A DNA stretch of 64,000 nucleotides from Patescibacteria group bacterium (GTDB lineage Bacteria; Patescibacteriota; UBA1384; XYA2-FULL-43-10), in NCBI GenBank assembly GCA_041674405.1, contig JBAYVT010000002.1, positions 23,158 through 87,157 of the forward strand, read 5' to 3'. The notes beneath the pieces are model-generated. The model searched no databases. It was given only the letters and a program-made list of their open reading frames with translations, and was not told the origin of the DNA. The first letter of the stretch is position 1. The number at the start of each line of letters is the position of its first letter. Of the stretch, positions 37,913-47,480 are shown piece by piece. A program made the position numbers and the translations under genes.

Positions 37913-38093
37913 TGTCGGTTTCGCGGGAGATCGAAACCTGACGGGGCGAGGGTTCAAGGAGTCCGCTCCAGTCTCCCGCCTAATGGTGGCGAAGCGAAAG
38001 CTTATTGCCGAGAGGCAATCGCAAGTAACCAATCTTGCCGCCATCCCAAACATTAAACCGCCCATGGGCGGTTAAGCTTGCCTCTTTGGAGGC
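37913..38093 (+). ncRNA. Candidate structured non-coding RNA (class not recognised), co-transcribed upstream of tRNA-Ile
   Basis: GC-rich in an AT-rich intergenic region.
- Hairpin 37914..37942, whose loop CGGGAGA (37924..37930) is complementary to TCTCCCG (37972..37978).
- GGAG/UCCG/CUCC hairpin at 37958..37969.
- A 10-bp helix 37983..37992 / 38035..38044 encloses hairpins AGC-GAAA-GCU (37993..38002) and UUGCC-GAGA-GGCAA (38005..38018).
- 18-nt palindrome 38056..38073.
- Hairpin 38080..38093 abutting the tRNA. Confidence 0.5.
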
Positions 38094-38094
38094 A

Positions 38095-38171
38095 GGGTAC
38101 GTAGCTCAGTTGGATAGAGCGTCTCCCTGATAAGGAGAAGGCCGGGGGTTCAATCCCCTCCGTACCCACCA
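38095..38171 (+). tRNA. tRNA-Ile (anticodon GAT), CCA encoded
   Basis: Hand-folded cloverleaf. Acceptor GGGTACG/CGTACCC, D arm GCTC-AGTTGGATA-GAGC, anticodon arm TCTCC-CTGATAA-GGAGA, variable AGGCC, T arm GGGGG-TTCAATC-CCCTC, discriminator A plus CCA. 77 nt. Confidence 0.95.
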
Positions 38172-38176
38172 CCCTT

Positions 38177-38215
38177 CCCTCTCTGCGCCTCGCGCAGAGA
38201 GGGTTTCCCGTTTTT
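38177..38215 (+). terminator. Intrinsic terminator after tRNA-Ile
   Basis: 11-bp stem ccctctctgcg / cgcagagaggg, followed by tttcccgttttt. Confidence 0.8.
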
Positions 38216-38219
38216 AGGC

Positions 38220-38248
38220 TTGATTTTAAGTCAATATTCTGTTAATAT
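38220..38248 (+). promoter_or_regulatory. Candidate promoter for rpmE, implying a leaderless or near-leaderless mRNA
   Basis: TTGATT (38220..38225), 17-nt spacer ending in TGT, then TAATAT (38243..38248). The ATG at 38258 is only 9 nt downstream, and no Shine-Dalgarno sequence is present (ttcgtt). Confidence 0.45.
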
Positions 38249-38257
38249 AATTTCGTT

Positions 38258-38551
38258 ATGAAAAAAGTCATTCATCCAACTTATTATCCTGAGGCTAAGG
38301 TCACATGTGCATGTGGTGCAACTTTTACTATGGGATCAACCGAAAAAGAGATTCATGTAGAAATCTGCTCCGCCTGTCACCCATACTTTACCGGCAAAGA
38401 AAAACTGGTTGATACCGCTGGCCGCGTCGATAAATTTAAAGAGCGAATGGAAGCAGCCAAGAAGTTCAAAGAAACTAAAGAACTGAAGAACAAAAGAACC
38501 GAAGAACCAAAAGAGAATACTTCCAAAAACGAAAAATCTGAAGATAAATAG
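38258..38551 (+). CDS. rpmE: 50S ribosomal protein L31 (Zn-ribbon type) with a Lys/Glu-rich C-terminal tail
   Basis: 97 aa. [12 protein letters not shown]...C.aCHPYFTGK. Confidence 0.95.
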   Translation: MKKVIHPTYYPEAKVTCACGATFTMGSTEKEIHVEICSACHPYFTGKEKLVDTAGRVDKFKERMEAAKKFKETKELKNKRTEEPKENTSKNEKSEDK

Positions 38552-38570
38552 CTCAATTTGAGATACAATG

Positions 38571-38601
38571 AAACCAGCGAGAATTTTCAAGCTGGTTTTT
38601 C
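38571..38601 (+). terminator. Intrinsic terminator or attenuator between rpmE and prfA
   Basis: Stem aaaccagc (38571..38578) / gctggttt (38591..38598), running into ttttt. Confidence 0.65.
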
Positions 38602-38641
38602 ATTATCTAACATAAGCCCAATAAGTCTTATTAGAATTTTT

Positions 38642-39715
38642 ATGAACGATAAACTACAAAAAATTTTAGATCGTTATTACAAACTCGATAATAAACTCAA
38701 GGATCCGGCGTTATCGTCAAATCCCGAGGAATTGGCTCACGTCGCTAAAGAAAAAGCTGAGATCGAAGATGATGCCAAAAAAATCGAGCGTTATTTTCAA
38801 ATTGAAAAAAATATTGAAGAAAATAAAGAAATAATTCGCGATAATGATCCCGAACTTTCTGAAATCGCAGAGTCCGAGCTCGATGATTTAACAGCGGAAA
38901 AATCTAATCTGGAACAAGATTTGAAGCGTCTCCTCGTTCCGGAAGATCCAATGGACAAAAAAAACGTCATCATCGAAATTCGCCCGGCAGCCGGTGGTGA
39001 TGAGTCAGAGCTTTTCGCTGCTAAGATTTTTCGGATGTACTCTCGCTACGCTGAGCGCCAGGGTTGGAAAATGGAAATTTTAAATTCATCAATGAGTGGG
39101 ATTGGGGGCATTAAGGACCTTTCATTTGAAATTAAAGGCGACAAGGTCTATTCGAAAATGAAATACGAATCAGGTGTTCATCGAGTCCAGAGAGTACCAG
39201 AAACTGAAAAAGCCGGCAGAATTCATACCTCAACAGTTACCGTGGCGGTACTTCCGGAAGCTGAGGAAGCTGATATTGAAATAAAACCCGAGGACCTTCG
39301 AATCGATGTTTTTCGATCCTCCGGCCCTGGCGGCCAATCGGTAAATACAACTGATTCCGCCGTTCGAATCACGCATACACCAACCGGGCTTGTGGTTACC
39401 TGCCAAGATGAAAAATCGCAATTGAAAAATAAGGCAAAAGCCCTGAACATCTTACGCTCTCGGCTTCTTTCGGCTGAAGAAGAAAGGTTATCCAAAGAAA
39501 GGGGAGATGCTCGCCGTTCGCAGATCGGCACCGGAGATAGATCGGAAAAAATCCGCACTTATAACTTCCCCCAAGATCGCATTACCGATCACCGGATCAA
39601 TATGTCCTGGCATTCATTGCCAAAAATTATGGATGGTGATATTGAGCCGATAATTACTGCCCTCATTGCGGAAGACCAAGCACGAAAATTACAATCTGAA
39701 TCTAATGAATCTTAA
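38642..39715 (+). CDS. prfA: Peptide chain release factor 1
   Basis: The track ORF starts at 38558. The likely start is [10 protein letters not shown] at 38642. It has [17 protein letters not shown] (PxT tripeptide as PET) and [16 protein letters not shown] (GGQ). Confidence 0.95.
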   Translation: MNDKLQKILDRYYKLDNKLKDPALSSNPEELAHVAKEKAEIEDDAKKIERYFQIEKNIEENKEIIRDNDPELSEIAESELDDLTAEKSNLEQDLKRLLVPEDPMDKKNVIIEIRPAAGGDESELFAAKIFRMYSRYAERQGWKMEILNSSMSGIGGIKDLSFEIKGDKVYSKMKYESGVHRVQRVPETEKAGRIHTSTVTVAVLPEAEEADIEIKPEDLRIDVFRSSGPGGQSVNTTDSAVRITHTPTGLVVTCQDEKSQLKNKAKALNILRSRLLSAEEERLSKERGDARRSQIGTGDRSEKIRTYNFPQDRITDHRINMSWHSLPKIMDGDIEPIITALIAEDQARKLQSESNES

Positions 39716-40568
39716 AACCGCTTTTTTGCGCGCCAAAAATGAACTCAATGCAATAGGCATTAAAACAGCCGAACTCGATGCCAAAGTTTTGCTTTTGCAG
39801 GTTATCGAAGAAAATGATGTTTATCTTTTGAAAAATCCCCTTTTCCCTTTAACCAACTCGCAATATTCAAAATTCCGCCGATGTATTCGCCGGCGAAAGT
39901 CTGGCGAACCGGTCGCCTATATTCTCGGCCATAAAGAATTTTTTGGTTTTGATTTTAAGGTAAACAAAAATGTCCTCATTCCACGACCGGAAACCGAACT
40001 CATCGTCGAGCAAGCAATCGAGTTTATAAAGCATAAAGTCCAAAAATTCGAAGGCAAATTAAACATCATCGATATTGGCACCGGTTCCGGCTGCATTATA
40101 ATTTCAATCGCAAATTCTCTACGGACTATGGGCTATGGACTACGTGCTAAATTGTATGCAAGTGATATTTCTGATAAAGCACTGCGAGTCGCCAGACTGA
40201 ATGCCAAGAAGAATGGGGTTAATAAACAAATTAAATTTTTCCGTTCGGACCTATTTTCGAATGGAAAATTGCCAAAAAAATTCGATTTAATTTTAGCAAA
40301 TCTGCCTTACCTAAAATCGAATTATAAAAATCTGGATTCCGAACCAAAAATCGCACTCGACGGAGGAAGGAATGGATTGAAAATTGTCAGCTCATTAATT
40401 GAGCTTTTGCCGGAAAAATTAAACCGCAGCGGCATTGCCCTCCTAGAGATTGACAACGATCAACCAGAAAAAATTAAAAAAAACGTTGGTAATATTCCAA
40501 ATTTAAAATTTGAAGAAGTAAAATCCATTCCTCATTGGCACGGCACGATAAAAATTTCAAGAAATTGA
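39705..40568 (+). CDS. prmC: Release-factor glutamine N5-methyltransferase (PrmC/HemK)
   Basis: The likely start MNLKTAF at 39705 overlaps the prfA end. Motif [12 protein letters not shown]. The catalytic tetrapeptide reads NLPY (40299..40310) instead of the canonical NPPY. Confidence 0.86.
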   Translation: MNLKTAFLRAKNELNAIGIKTAELDAKVLLLQVIEENDVYLLKNPLFPLTNSQYSKFRRCIRRRKSGEPVAYILGHKEFFGFDFKVNKNVLIPRPETELIVEQAIEFIKHKVQKFEGKLNIIDIGTGSGCIIISIANSLRTMGYGLRAKLYASDISDKALRVARLNAKKNGVNKQIKFFRSDLFSNGKLPKKFDLILANLPYLKSNYKNLDSEPKIALDGGRNGLKIVSSLIELLPEKLNRSGIALLEIDNDQPEKIKKNVGNIPNLKFEEVKSIPHWHGTIKISRN

Positions 40569-40593
40569 AAAATCCGCCATCGGGCGGATTTTT
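40568..40593. terminator. Bidirectional intrinsic terminator between convergent prmC and htrA
   Basis: aaaaatccgcc atcg ggcggattttt: a stem flanked by an A-run and a T-run. Confidence 0.8.
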
Positions 40594-40645
40594 CATATAC
40601 TTGTGATAATTTGCGTAAAGGATTATGCACGCTACTCTGATTATC

Positions 40646-41875
40646 TTATTGTGATTGCTGAAGTACTACCTTCACATCTTTTTCATCACCCTTAGAGAGA
40701 ATACGAAGTGTAATCGTGTCTCCGATTTTGTATTGCTGGATAAGGTTTACAAGGCTATGATCAACATCAACTTTTTCTCCGTTTATCTCTAGAATAATAT
40801 CGTTTTCAACAATTCCTGCTTTATCTGCCGGCGATCCTGGCACAACAGCAACTTGTCCAAGGCCATTACCCCGAATTACGAGTGCCCCATAATCAACGGA
40901 CAAATTATTCTGTTGTGCAATATCTTTGGTAATTTGAATATATCTTACTCCAAGATACGGACGAACAATTTTTCCGGTAGCCTTGATGCTGTCGATAGCC
41001 GTTTTTGCTACATTGATCGGAATAGCAAAACCGATTCCTTGTGCATTTGATGCTACCGCCGTATTTATTCCGATAACCTGGCCAGCCAAATTGACTAACG
41101 GCCCACCAGAATTTCCGGGGTTAATCGCGGCATCGGTTTGTAAAAGCCCGGTTAAATCTTCAGATGTCGTTCCCGTGGAATCTGATGCCTGAACTGATCG
41201 ATTTACTCCCGAAATTACCCCTTGGGTAACAGTATTCTGATATTGCCCCAGAGCATTTCCTACCGCTACAACCCATTGCCCAACAACCAATTGGTCCGAG
41301 TCGCCAAGTTCCACTACCGGCAAATTATTAGCGTCGATTTTGACTACAGCCAAATCCTGCGTAGGATCGAGTGATTGAACTGTTGCGTCAAATGATCTAC
41401 CATCGGCCAGAACAACGGTGTATTGGGTATTGGTATCAGAAACGACATGCTTATTAGTGAGAATCAATCCGTCATTCGTGATGATGAAGCCCGTTCCGGC
41501 GCCCTGTGATTGAACAGTTTGGCCAAATAAATTCTGATAAGTTGATTTAGATACGATTGAAACCACCGAAGGAGAGACCTTTTTGCTCGCATCGATCACC
41601 GCATTGGATTCCTGTAGTACTAATTTCTGGGTGGTGGTTGTTCCAATTGATAGATTGCCAACATTTTTTACCCCAAGCTTGTTGGCGATTGCGCCATTGT
41701 TTGTAAATAATACAACGATTGCAAACATGCCTCCTATTATTCCCAAAACAAACGCTGTGATTACAACAAATACTGATAAAACAAGGGCCTTGCTTTTTCT
41801 TTTGGGTGTAACACTTGGCATTTCCGGGCTACCAAAATTGCTATCTTCTATTTTTATTTCTTGAGGAGACATCAA
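40646..41875 (-). CDS. HtrA/DegP-family serine protease with an N-terminal TM anchor and a PDZ domain
   Basis: 409 aa. TNKHV (His), GNSGGPL (Ser), and a C-terminal PDZ (PADKAGIVENDIILEINGEKV). Confidence 0.9.
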   Translation of the reverse strand: MMSPQEIKIEDSNFGSPEMPSVTPKRKSKALVLSVFVVITAFVLGIIGGMFAIVVLFTNNGAIANKLGVKNVGNLSIGTTTTQKLVLQESNAVIDASKKVSPSVVSIVSKSTYQNLFGQTVQSQGAGTGFIITNDGLILTNKHVVSDTNTQYTVVLADGRSFDATVQSLDPTQDLAVVKIDANNLPVVELGDSDQLVVGQWVVAVGNALGQYQNTVTQGVISGVNRSVQASDSTGTTSEDLTGLLQTDAAINPGNSGGPLVNLAGQVIGINTAVASNAQGIGFAIPINVAKTAIDSIKATGKIVRPYLGVRYIQITKDIAQQNNLSVDYGALVIRGNGLGQVAVVPGSPADKAGIVENDIILEINGEKVDVDHSLVNLIQQYKIGDTITLRILSKGDEKDVKVVLQQSQ

Positions 41876-41984
41876 TCCTCCATACTTAATTCTATATACA
41901 AACTAAAATTATACTTTAGATATTCAGTAAGTTCAATGTACGATTAAATTCTACCCCTAATATACTGAGAATTCCCTTAAAAAA

Positions 41985-42548
41985 TTAAGAGCTTTTGCGA
42001 ATAAAATTTTTAAGCTTTAACTCATCATCTTTAAGCTCACGCTCTAGTACCACCCAGCCATTTTTATCCAGATTCACATTTGGCACGATATGCAACTTTC
42101 CGTCATCTGCAACAATCCGGACCTTTCTTATGTCAACTTTTTGAATCACGCCTTCGACATCACCGGTCTTAACCCTGAATCCAACCTCAAAATCTTCATC
42201 TTTAGCTAAAAAGACGCCGGAAATAATATCCGAAGTCAAGGTTGTGGCACCATTCGCCAAAGCTAAACCAAGAACTAGAAGCGATCCTGAGATGGTGATT
42301 GCGATTGAAGTAAAACCAAGCGCTCTTGCCATTTCTCCAAATAATAATACCCAGAATATAATTGTTAGCATCGAAATAATTATTCCGGATAATGCTTTTG
42401 GCACCTTAGTATATTTCAAAGTGTTTTTTAAAACCGAAAGCACAATGCGTATAATTATGTAACCTATTACCAAGCCAAGCACTACAAAAGGAAGCTTGGG
42501 CAGATAATTCAAGATGGGATCCCAAAATCTCGTAACGATATAATTCAT
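41985..42548 (-). CDS. Small MscS-like mechanosensitive channel protein
   Basis: 187 aa. Three TM helices followed by a beta-domain pattern (GDVEGVIQKVDIRKVRIVADDGKLHIVPN). Confidence 0.72.
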   Translation of the reverse strand: MNYIVTRFWDPILNYLPKLPFVVLGLVIGYIIIRIVLSVLKNTLKYTKVPKALSGIIISMLTIIFWVLLFGEMARALGFTSIAITISGSLLVLGLALANGATTLTSDIISGVFLAKDEDFEVGFRVKTGDVEGVIQKVDIRKVRIVADDGKLHIVPNVNLDKNGWVVLERELKDDELKLKNFIRKSS

Positions 42549-43960
42549 TTGCTCTCCAATCTCTCAGTAATTAATTTATTTATGATCTGCGGATTGGCTT
42601 TTCCACCCATTTCGCGCATAACAAGACCAACAAAAAAACCTAAAAGTTTTTTCTCACCAGTTCGATATCGCTCAGCCTCGGCCGGATTCTCTGAAATTAT
42701 CTTGTCAACAATTTTTCCAACTGAGTCTTCGTCGGAAACTTGTTCGAGGCCTTCGGCCTTAATAATTTCAGCTGCAGTTGTACCGCTTTCAACCATTTTA
42801 GAGAAAATGTTCTTTGCAGTGTTGTACGAAATTTTTCCTGATTTTATAAAAGAAAGAAGGTCACCAAGATGTGTTATTGGAACCCGTTTTTTGTACTCTT
42901 CATATGTGAGCTTTTTGTTGGCAATTTCCCGGCTGACTTCTTCGGTCACCCAGAGAGCCAATGCTTTTTCTAATTTTTCCGCATCCTTAAGATAAGTCGC
43001 ATGATCAATATTTGAGACAATTTTATCAGCAATGTTTTCTGGAATTTCAGATTCATTAAGATGTGCTTTGAGTGTTGCGGGTGTATGCCCAATAGATTTT
43101 TTAATTGTTTCAACCGCATCGTTCGGGGTTTTGACCGGTGGTAAATCAGGTTCTGGAAAATATCGATAGTCGGCAGCTTCCTCTTTGCGGCGTTGTTCGA
43201 AAGTAATATCTTTTTTGCTGTCATAACCTCGAGTGATCTTCGATTTTTTTTCCGGCCAATTTTGGTAATCGTCTTCCAATCTTTTTGCTTCGATCAGAAG
43301 CGCCCTTTCAATAAATTTGAACGAATTAATATTCTTGAGTTCAACTATTGGCGACATCTTTCCATTTTCATCCTTCACATCAATATTGGCATCGCAGCGC
43401 AAATGTCCCTTTTCCATCGATGCCTCGGAAACTCCGAGATATTTTACGAGAAGAACAAGTTCCTGCAAAAATTTTTTTGCTTCCGCCGGCGAGGTAATGT
43501 CCGGCTCGGTCACTATTTCCATAAGGGGTGTGCCGGCGCGGTTAAGGTCAACATAACTTGCACCATTTTTATGTATTAATTTGCCGGCATCTTCCTCGAG
43601 ATGAATGCGGTTTAATCTAATTTTGTGCCCGTCAATTTCAAGATGTCCCCCAATGCAAAAAGGTTGATCGTACTGGCTAACCTGAAAACCTTTTGGCAAA
43701 TCCGGGTAGAAATAGTGTTTTCGGTCAAATTTTGAAAGGGGATTGATTTTGCAATTCATAGCCAGGCCAGTCTTGATAGTCCACTCTATTGCTTGCTTAT
43801 TCGCAACAGGCAACGCGCCTGGCATGCCAAGGCAGACTGGACAAACATTGGAGTTTGGCTCGGCAGATTCCGAATTATTGTCACATTCACAGAACATTTT
43901 GCTTTTCGTCGCAAGCTGTACATGAATTTCTAATCCGATTGTAGTTTTAAACTTAGGCAT
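42545..43960 (-). CDS. gatB: Asp/Glu-tRNA(Asn/Gln) amidotransferase subunit B
   Basis: 471 aa. IGLEIHVQL, CPVCLGMPGALP, NRAGTPLMEIV. Confidence 0.95.
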   Translation of the reverse strand: MPKFKTTIGLEIHVQLATKSKMFCECDNNSESAEPNSNVCPVCLGMPGALPVANKQAIEWTIKTGLAMNCKINPLSKFDRKHYFYPDLPKGFQVSQYDQPFCIGGHLEIDGHKIRLNRIHLEEDAGKLIHKNGASYVDLNRAGTPLMEIVTEPDITSPAEAKKFLQELVLLVKYLGVSEASMEKGHLRCDANIDVKDENGKMSPIVELKNINSFKFIERALLIEAKRLEDDYQNWPEKKSKITRGYDSKKDITFEQRRKEEAADYRYFPEPDLPPVKTPNDAVETIKKSIGHTPATLKAHLNESEIPENIADKIVSNIDHATYLKDAEKLEKALALWVTEEVSREIANKKLTYEEYKKRVPITHLGDLLSFIKSGKISYNTAKNIFSKMVESGTTAAEIIKAEGLEQVSDEDSVGKIVDKIISENPAEAERYRTGEKKLLGFFVGLVMREMGGKANPQIINKLITERLESK

Positions 43961-44496
43961 TATCTTCCTTCGGAATCGTTAACATTATCTTCTTTGTATC
44001 GTGTCGCTTGTTCAGAACTGGTTCTCCAATCACCCTGTCCTGTGGTCACGGTCTTTGGTGTATCATGTTCACCAGCCAAATATCCGGGCAATGCATCTTC
44101 AACATGATCCCTTAAATAAGTGGCATTTCTCATATCTCTCCATGAATGGTAGTATTTTGGAATGATCCCTTGATTTATCACGGATGAGGCATAATTCAAA
44201 TATTGATCACTGGGCTTTAACTCAAGACTGGAAGCAAGATAGTCTTTCACCTGTTCGATGGAATTTGGGTCATAAGGGTCTAGTGAAGAAATACCAAGAA
44301 TATTTGAAATGATAATCAATCGGACCAATGGACTTGATTGCTCTAAACCGGCAATAATATCATCGATCGTTTTTTCTTCGTTTCTATGTAAATGTTCACG
44401 TATAATTTGCGGAAACTGATCTGAAAAAAGTGAGACCTTTTCAACAGCGTTTTCTGTTTCACCTGGAGGGATAGCTCCAATTCCTTCAGATTTCAT
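43960..44496 (-). CDS. Hypothetical protein
   Basis: 178-aa ORF tightly packed within the gat cluster. No recognisable motif. Confidence 0.55.
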   Translation of the reverse strand: MKSEGIGAIPPGETENAVEKVSLFSDQFPQIIREHLHRNEEKTIDDIIAGLEQSSPLVRLIIISNILGISSLDPYDPNSIEQVKDYLASSLELKPSDQYLNYASSVINQGIIPKYYHSWRDMRNATYLRDHVEDALPGYLAGEHDTPKTVTTGQGDWRTSSEQATRYKEDNVNDSEGR

Positions 44497-44514
44497 TATG
44501 TAAACCTCATTAAA

Positions 44515-44961
44515 TTATATTTCCTGAATATAAGCTAAAAATTTTTGGGTGGCAGACACTAACGTTTGTCGCCCGATTTCTCCGTTGTCATGGGCAATCT
44601 GATTTCTTATTTTATGCGCGTACCATACTGATTCATATGTATTCCTATCCATAAATTTTTCCGCCGCGCGCAATCTGTCAGCAAACGTTTCCCCTTCACA
44701 ACCTTTCAATTTCAAAATGAAATCCACCAACTTGTCTGCTTCCAAAACCGCATGTTTTAGCTCAATTTTATTGTCCGAATTAGCAAGATCTAAAATTTCA
44801 TTTCTTTTTGTGCGGATATAATTTTTCTCCTCGTTTGAAATTCCCCGCTTGACTTTGCCTTTCTTTCGAAATGGCAAAGTAACAAGCCACCATAACCCAC
44901 GGAACAATCCTAAAACTATTACTTCCGGAACCGTTTGCTGATTTTTTTTATAATTTGCCAT
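44515..44961 (-). CDS. Hypothetical membrane-anchored protein
   Basis: 148 aa. One TM helix (VIVLGLFRGLWWLVTLPF) and a helical C-terminal domain ending in AHKIRNQIAHD. Confidence 0.55.
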   Translation of the reverse strand: MANYKKNQQTVPEVIVLGLFRGLWWLVTLPFRKKGKVKRGISNEEKNYIRTKRNEILDLANSDNKIELKHAVLEADKLVDFILKLKGCEGETFADRLRAAEKFMDRNTYESVWYAHKIRNQIAHDNGEIGRQTLVSATQKFLAYIQEI

Positions 44962-45626
44962 TATTTGATCTCTATCGAATTAATATAAACCGGACTCACG
45001 GGTTTATCATTCGAATCAGTAGCTACTTCGGAAATGCTTTTTACCACATCCATCCCGGATAATACTTCGCCGAAAACCGTATATTTTCCATCGAGCTGAG
45101 GCTGTGGTTGGTCAGAGACAATGAAAAACTGGCTTCCGTTCGTATTCGGGCCAGAGTTTGCCATCGCAAGCGTGCCGGCGACAATCTTGTGGTCATTAAT
45201 TTCATCATTAAATTCATATCCCGGCCCACCAGTTCCATCACCCTTTGGATCACCGCTTTGGATCATGAAGCTTTTAATCACTCGGTGAAACGTAAGACCA
45301 TCATAAAATTTTTGATCCGCCAATTTTTCGAAATTTGCGACAGTATTTGGCGCATCCTGATCATATAGTTTAAGATCAATATCACCGAGGGAAGTCGTAA
45401 TGAGTGCTTCGTGTCTAGCGGGCGGATTTAAAGTTGCATTTATTTTCCCGCCAACAAAAGGAAATACAATGATAAGCGCAACCGCAACCACATACACCCA
45501 AAAATCAATTCTGTGCCAAGGCTCAGACCATGGGTTACTTAAAAATCTCTTCTTTTTTACAAGTTCCTTCTTGTCTATTATCTCTTCAATTTTTTTCTCT
45601 TTTCTTATGCGAGCTTTTTTACCCAT
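44961..45626 (-). CDS. Cyclophilin-type peptidyl-prolyl cis-trans isomerase with an N-terminal TM anchor
   Basis: The track ORF extends to 45767, overlapping the MazG-like gene. The likely start is MGKKARIRK at 45626. [34 protein letters not shown]. Confidence 0.88.
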   Translation of the reverse strand: MGKKARIRKEKKIEEIIDKKELVKKKRFLSNPWSEPWHRIDFWVYVVAVALIIVFPFVGGKINATLNPPARHEALITTSLGDIDLKLYDQDAPNTVANFEKLADQKFYDGLTFHRVIKSFMIQSGDPKGDGTGGPGYEFNDEINDHKIVAGTLAMANSGPNTNGSQFFIVSDQPQPQLDGKYTVFGEVLSGMDVVKSISEVATDSNDKPVSPVYINSIEIK

Positions 45627-45678
45627 CGGTTCCTTCAAAACAAATACTAATTTCTTAACTCTGGAAAAATGATCAGGA

Positions 45679-46014
45679 TTATTTTTGTAGCTTTTTACGC
45701 CTTGCTTTGATCTTCCCCATCTTCTTTTTAACTGATTCAAAAGCATCGATATCAATATTCTCGGCAATAAGTAAAGCAGTAATTATCACGTCGGCAATTT
45801 CACTGGAAATGTTATCTTTTTTATAATCAGACATTTTTTCACTGCGCTGCATATTCATTGACGACATAATTTCGTTGGATAATTCACCAACCTCTTCCAT
45901 CAATTTCACGGTTCGATTGAGTGTTCTGCGATCTTGGTCATAAATTGCGCCAATCTCACTAAGTGTTTTTTCATGCTCTTCCCTGATCAATTTTTGAATT
46001 TCTTCCGTATTCAT
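45679..46014 (-). CDS. MazG-like nucleotide pyrophosphohydrolase (small all-helical type)
   Basis: 111 aa. [12 protein letters not shown] ... [14 protein letters not shown] pattern (EExxE / ExxD-like). Confidence 0.72.
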   Translation of the reverse strand: MNTEEIQKLIREEHEKTLSEIGAIYDQDRRTLNRTVKLMEEVGELSNEIMSSMNMQRSEKMSDYKKDNISSEIADVIITALLIAENIDIDAFESVKKKMGKIKARRKKLQK

Positions 46015-47480
46015 AGTTTTGGCTTTTTAACATGATGATCTGTTGAATTTTCAAATGCACTGGCGACTTTAAAGATTTTACCTTCTCCATGCATTGGGCC
46101 GATTAGCTGCATACCGACCGGAAGGCCAGACTTGGTAAACCCGGCAGGTACGCTCATTGCCGGCACACCGGCAGGATTTATCGGCACGGTATTGGCATCG
46201 GCCAAATACATCGAGAGCGGATCATCCATCTTCTCCCCGATTTTGAAAGCCGGGAAAGGGGAGACCGGCGTTAAAAGAACATCATATTTTTGTAATACTT
46301 CCTCGTACTCTTTCTTGATTTTCGTTCGGACTTTAGCCGCCTTAAGATAATATGCATCGTAATAGCCAGAGGAGAGTGTATATGTACCCATCATAATCGA
46401 ACGCTTTGCTTCATCCCCAAATCCGGCTGTTCTGGAATTGAAATAGATTTCTTCCAAAGTTTTTAGTTTTTCGTTTTTAGTTTTTAGTTCGCTATAGCCA
46501 TAACGAATTCCATCATATCTGGAAAGATTTGATGATGCTTCAGATTTTGCGATTATATAGTATGTCGCAATCGCGTATTTAGTTGATGGCAATGATGTTT
46601 CCTCAACAATCGCACCCAATTTTTCTAGCTGGTGTTTCGCGTTTTCCAAAATTTCTGCTACCTCAGGATTTAATCCCTCACCATAAAACTCTTTTGGCAC
46701 GCCGATTTTTACCCCTTTCAAATTTTTAGCAAGATACGAGGTATAGTCGGGTAATGCTTCCTGTATCGTGGTTGAATCCTTCGGATCATTGCCGGCGATA
46801 TGATTTAAGATAATTGCCGCATCTTCGACGGTTTTGGCAATTGGTCCGATAGTATCAAAACTTGAAGCATAGCTTACCACTCCGTTTCTAGAGACTAGCC
46901 CATAGGTTACCTTAAGTCCGACTGTTGAGCAAAAGCTGGATGGCTGGCGTATTGAGCCTCCGGTATCGGTTCCTAGTGAAAAAACGCACTCGTCAGCAGC
47001 AACGGCAGCTGCCGATCCTCCCGACGAACCACCGGGAACTCGGTCCAAATCCCAGGGATTATGCGTCGGTCCAAAATACGAGGTTTCTGTCGATGAGCCC
47101 ATCGTAAATTCATCTGTATTCACTTTCCCGAGAAGTATACAACCGGCATCCTTAAGTTTTTTAACAACCGTTGCGTCGTGAGGAGGAATAAAATCTTCGA
47201 GTATTTTTGAGGCTGCAGTTGTCTTTATTCCCTTCGTTAAAAACACATCCTTGAGCGCTATCGGAATCCCGTCGAGTTCACTTAAAATTTTGCCAGCAGC
47301 TCTGCGCTTGTCAGACTCCTTCGCCTCATTGAGAGCGGATTCTTTTGTAATCGTAATATATGATTTTACTTTCGGTTCCACGCTTTCAATCCGTTCGAAA
47401 ATTGCTTCTGTTAATCTGGCTGAGGTGATTTCTCCGCTTGAAAGCTTGTCTATTGCCTGTTTTAGAGTTAAAGAATGCAT
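46011..47480 (-). CDS. gatA: Glutamyl-tRNA(Gln) amidotransferase subunit A
   Basis: 489 aa. Amidase signature GGSSGGSAAAVAA ... GTDTGGSIRQP. Confidence 0.95.
   Translation of the reverse strand: MHSLTLKQAIDKLSSGEITSARLTEAIFERIESVEPKVKSYITITKESALNEAKESDKRRAAGKILSELDGIPIALKDVFLTKGIKTTAASKILEDFIPPHDATVVKKLKDAGCILLGKVNTDEFTMGSSTETSYFGPTHNPWDLDRVPGGSSGGSAAAVAADECVFSLGTDTGGSIRQPSSFCSTVGLKVTYGLVSRNGVVSYASSFDTIGPIAKTVEDAAIILNHIAGNDPKDSTTIQEALPDYTSYLAKNLKGVKIGVPKEFYGEGLNPEVAEILENAKHQLEKLGAIVEETSLPSTKYAIATYYIIAKSEASSNLSRYDGIRYGYSELKTKNEKLKTLEEIYFNSRTAGFGDEAKRSIMMGTYTLSSGYYDAYYLKAAKVRTKIKKEYEEVLQKYDVLLTPVSPFPAFKIGEKMDDPLSMYLADANTVPINPAGVPAMSVPAGFTKSGLPVGMQLIGPMHGEGKIFKVASAFENSTDHHVKKPKL

Noticed and set aside
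37835-38065. 76-aa minus-strand ORF from the track spanning the rpsB / tRNA-Ile intergenic region
   Set aside because: It covers the GC-rich structured-RNA candidate and both divergent promoters, has no RBS, and its peptide is low-information. It is most likely a by-product of GC-rich non-coding sequence.
37913-38093. Assigning the ncRNA candidate to SRP RNA, 6S RNA, tmRNA, RNase P RNA, or a TPP, fluoride, c-di-AMP or c-di-GMP riboswitch
   Set aside because: I looked on both strands for hallmark strings: the SRP GGAA tetraloop with AGCA loop, RNase P GAGGAAAGUCC, tmRNA ends, and the TPP CUGAGA...ACCUGAUCUGGAUAAUGCCAGCG. I found only short chance resemblances, so the class is left open.
39197-39205. 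RF1 tripeptide anticodon reading PET instead of PAT/PVT
   Set aside because: The middle position of PxT is known to vary, so this is not evidence for altered stop-codon recognition.
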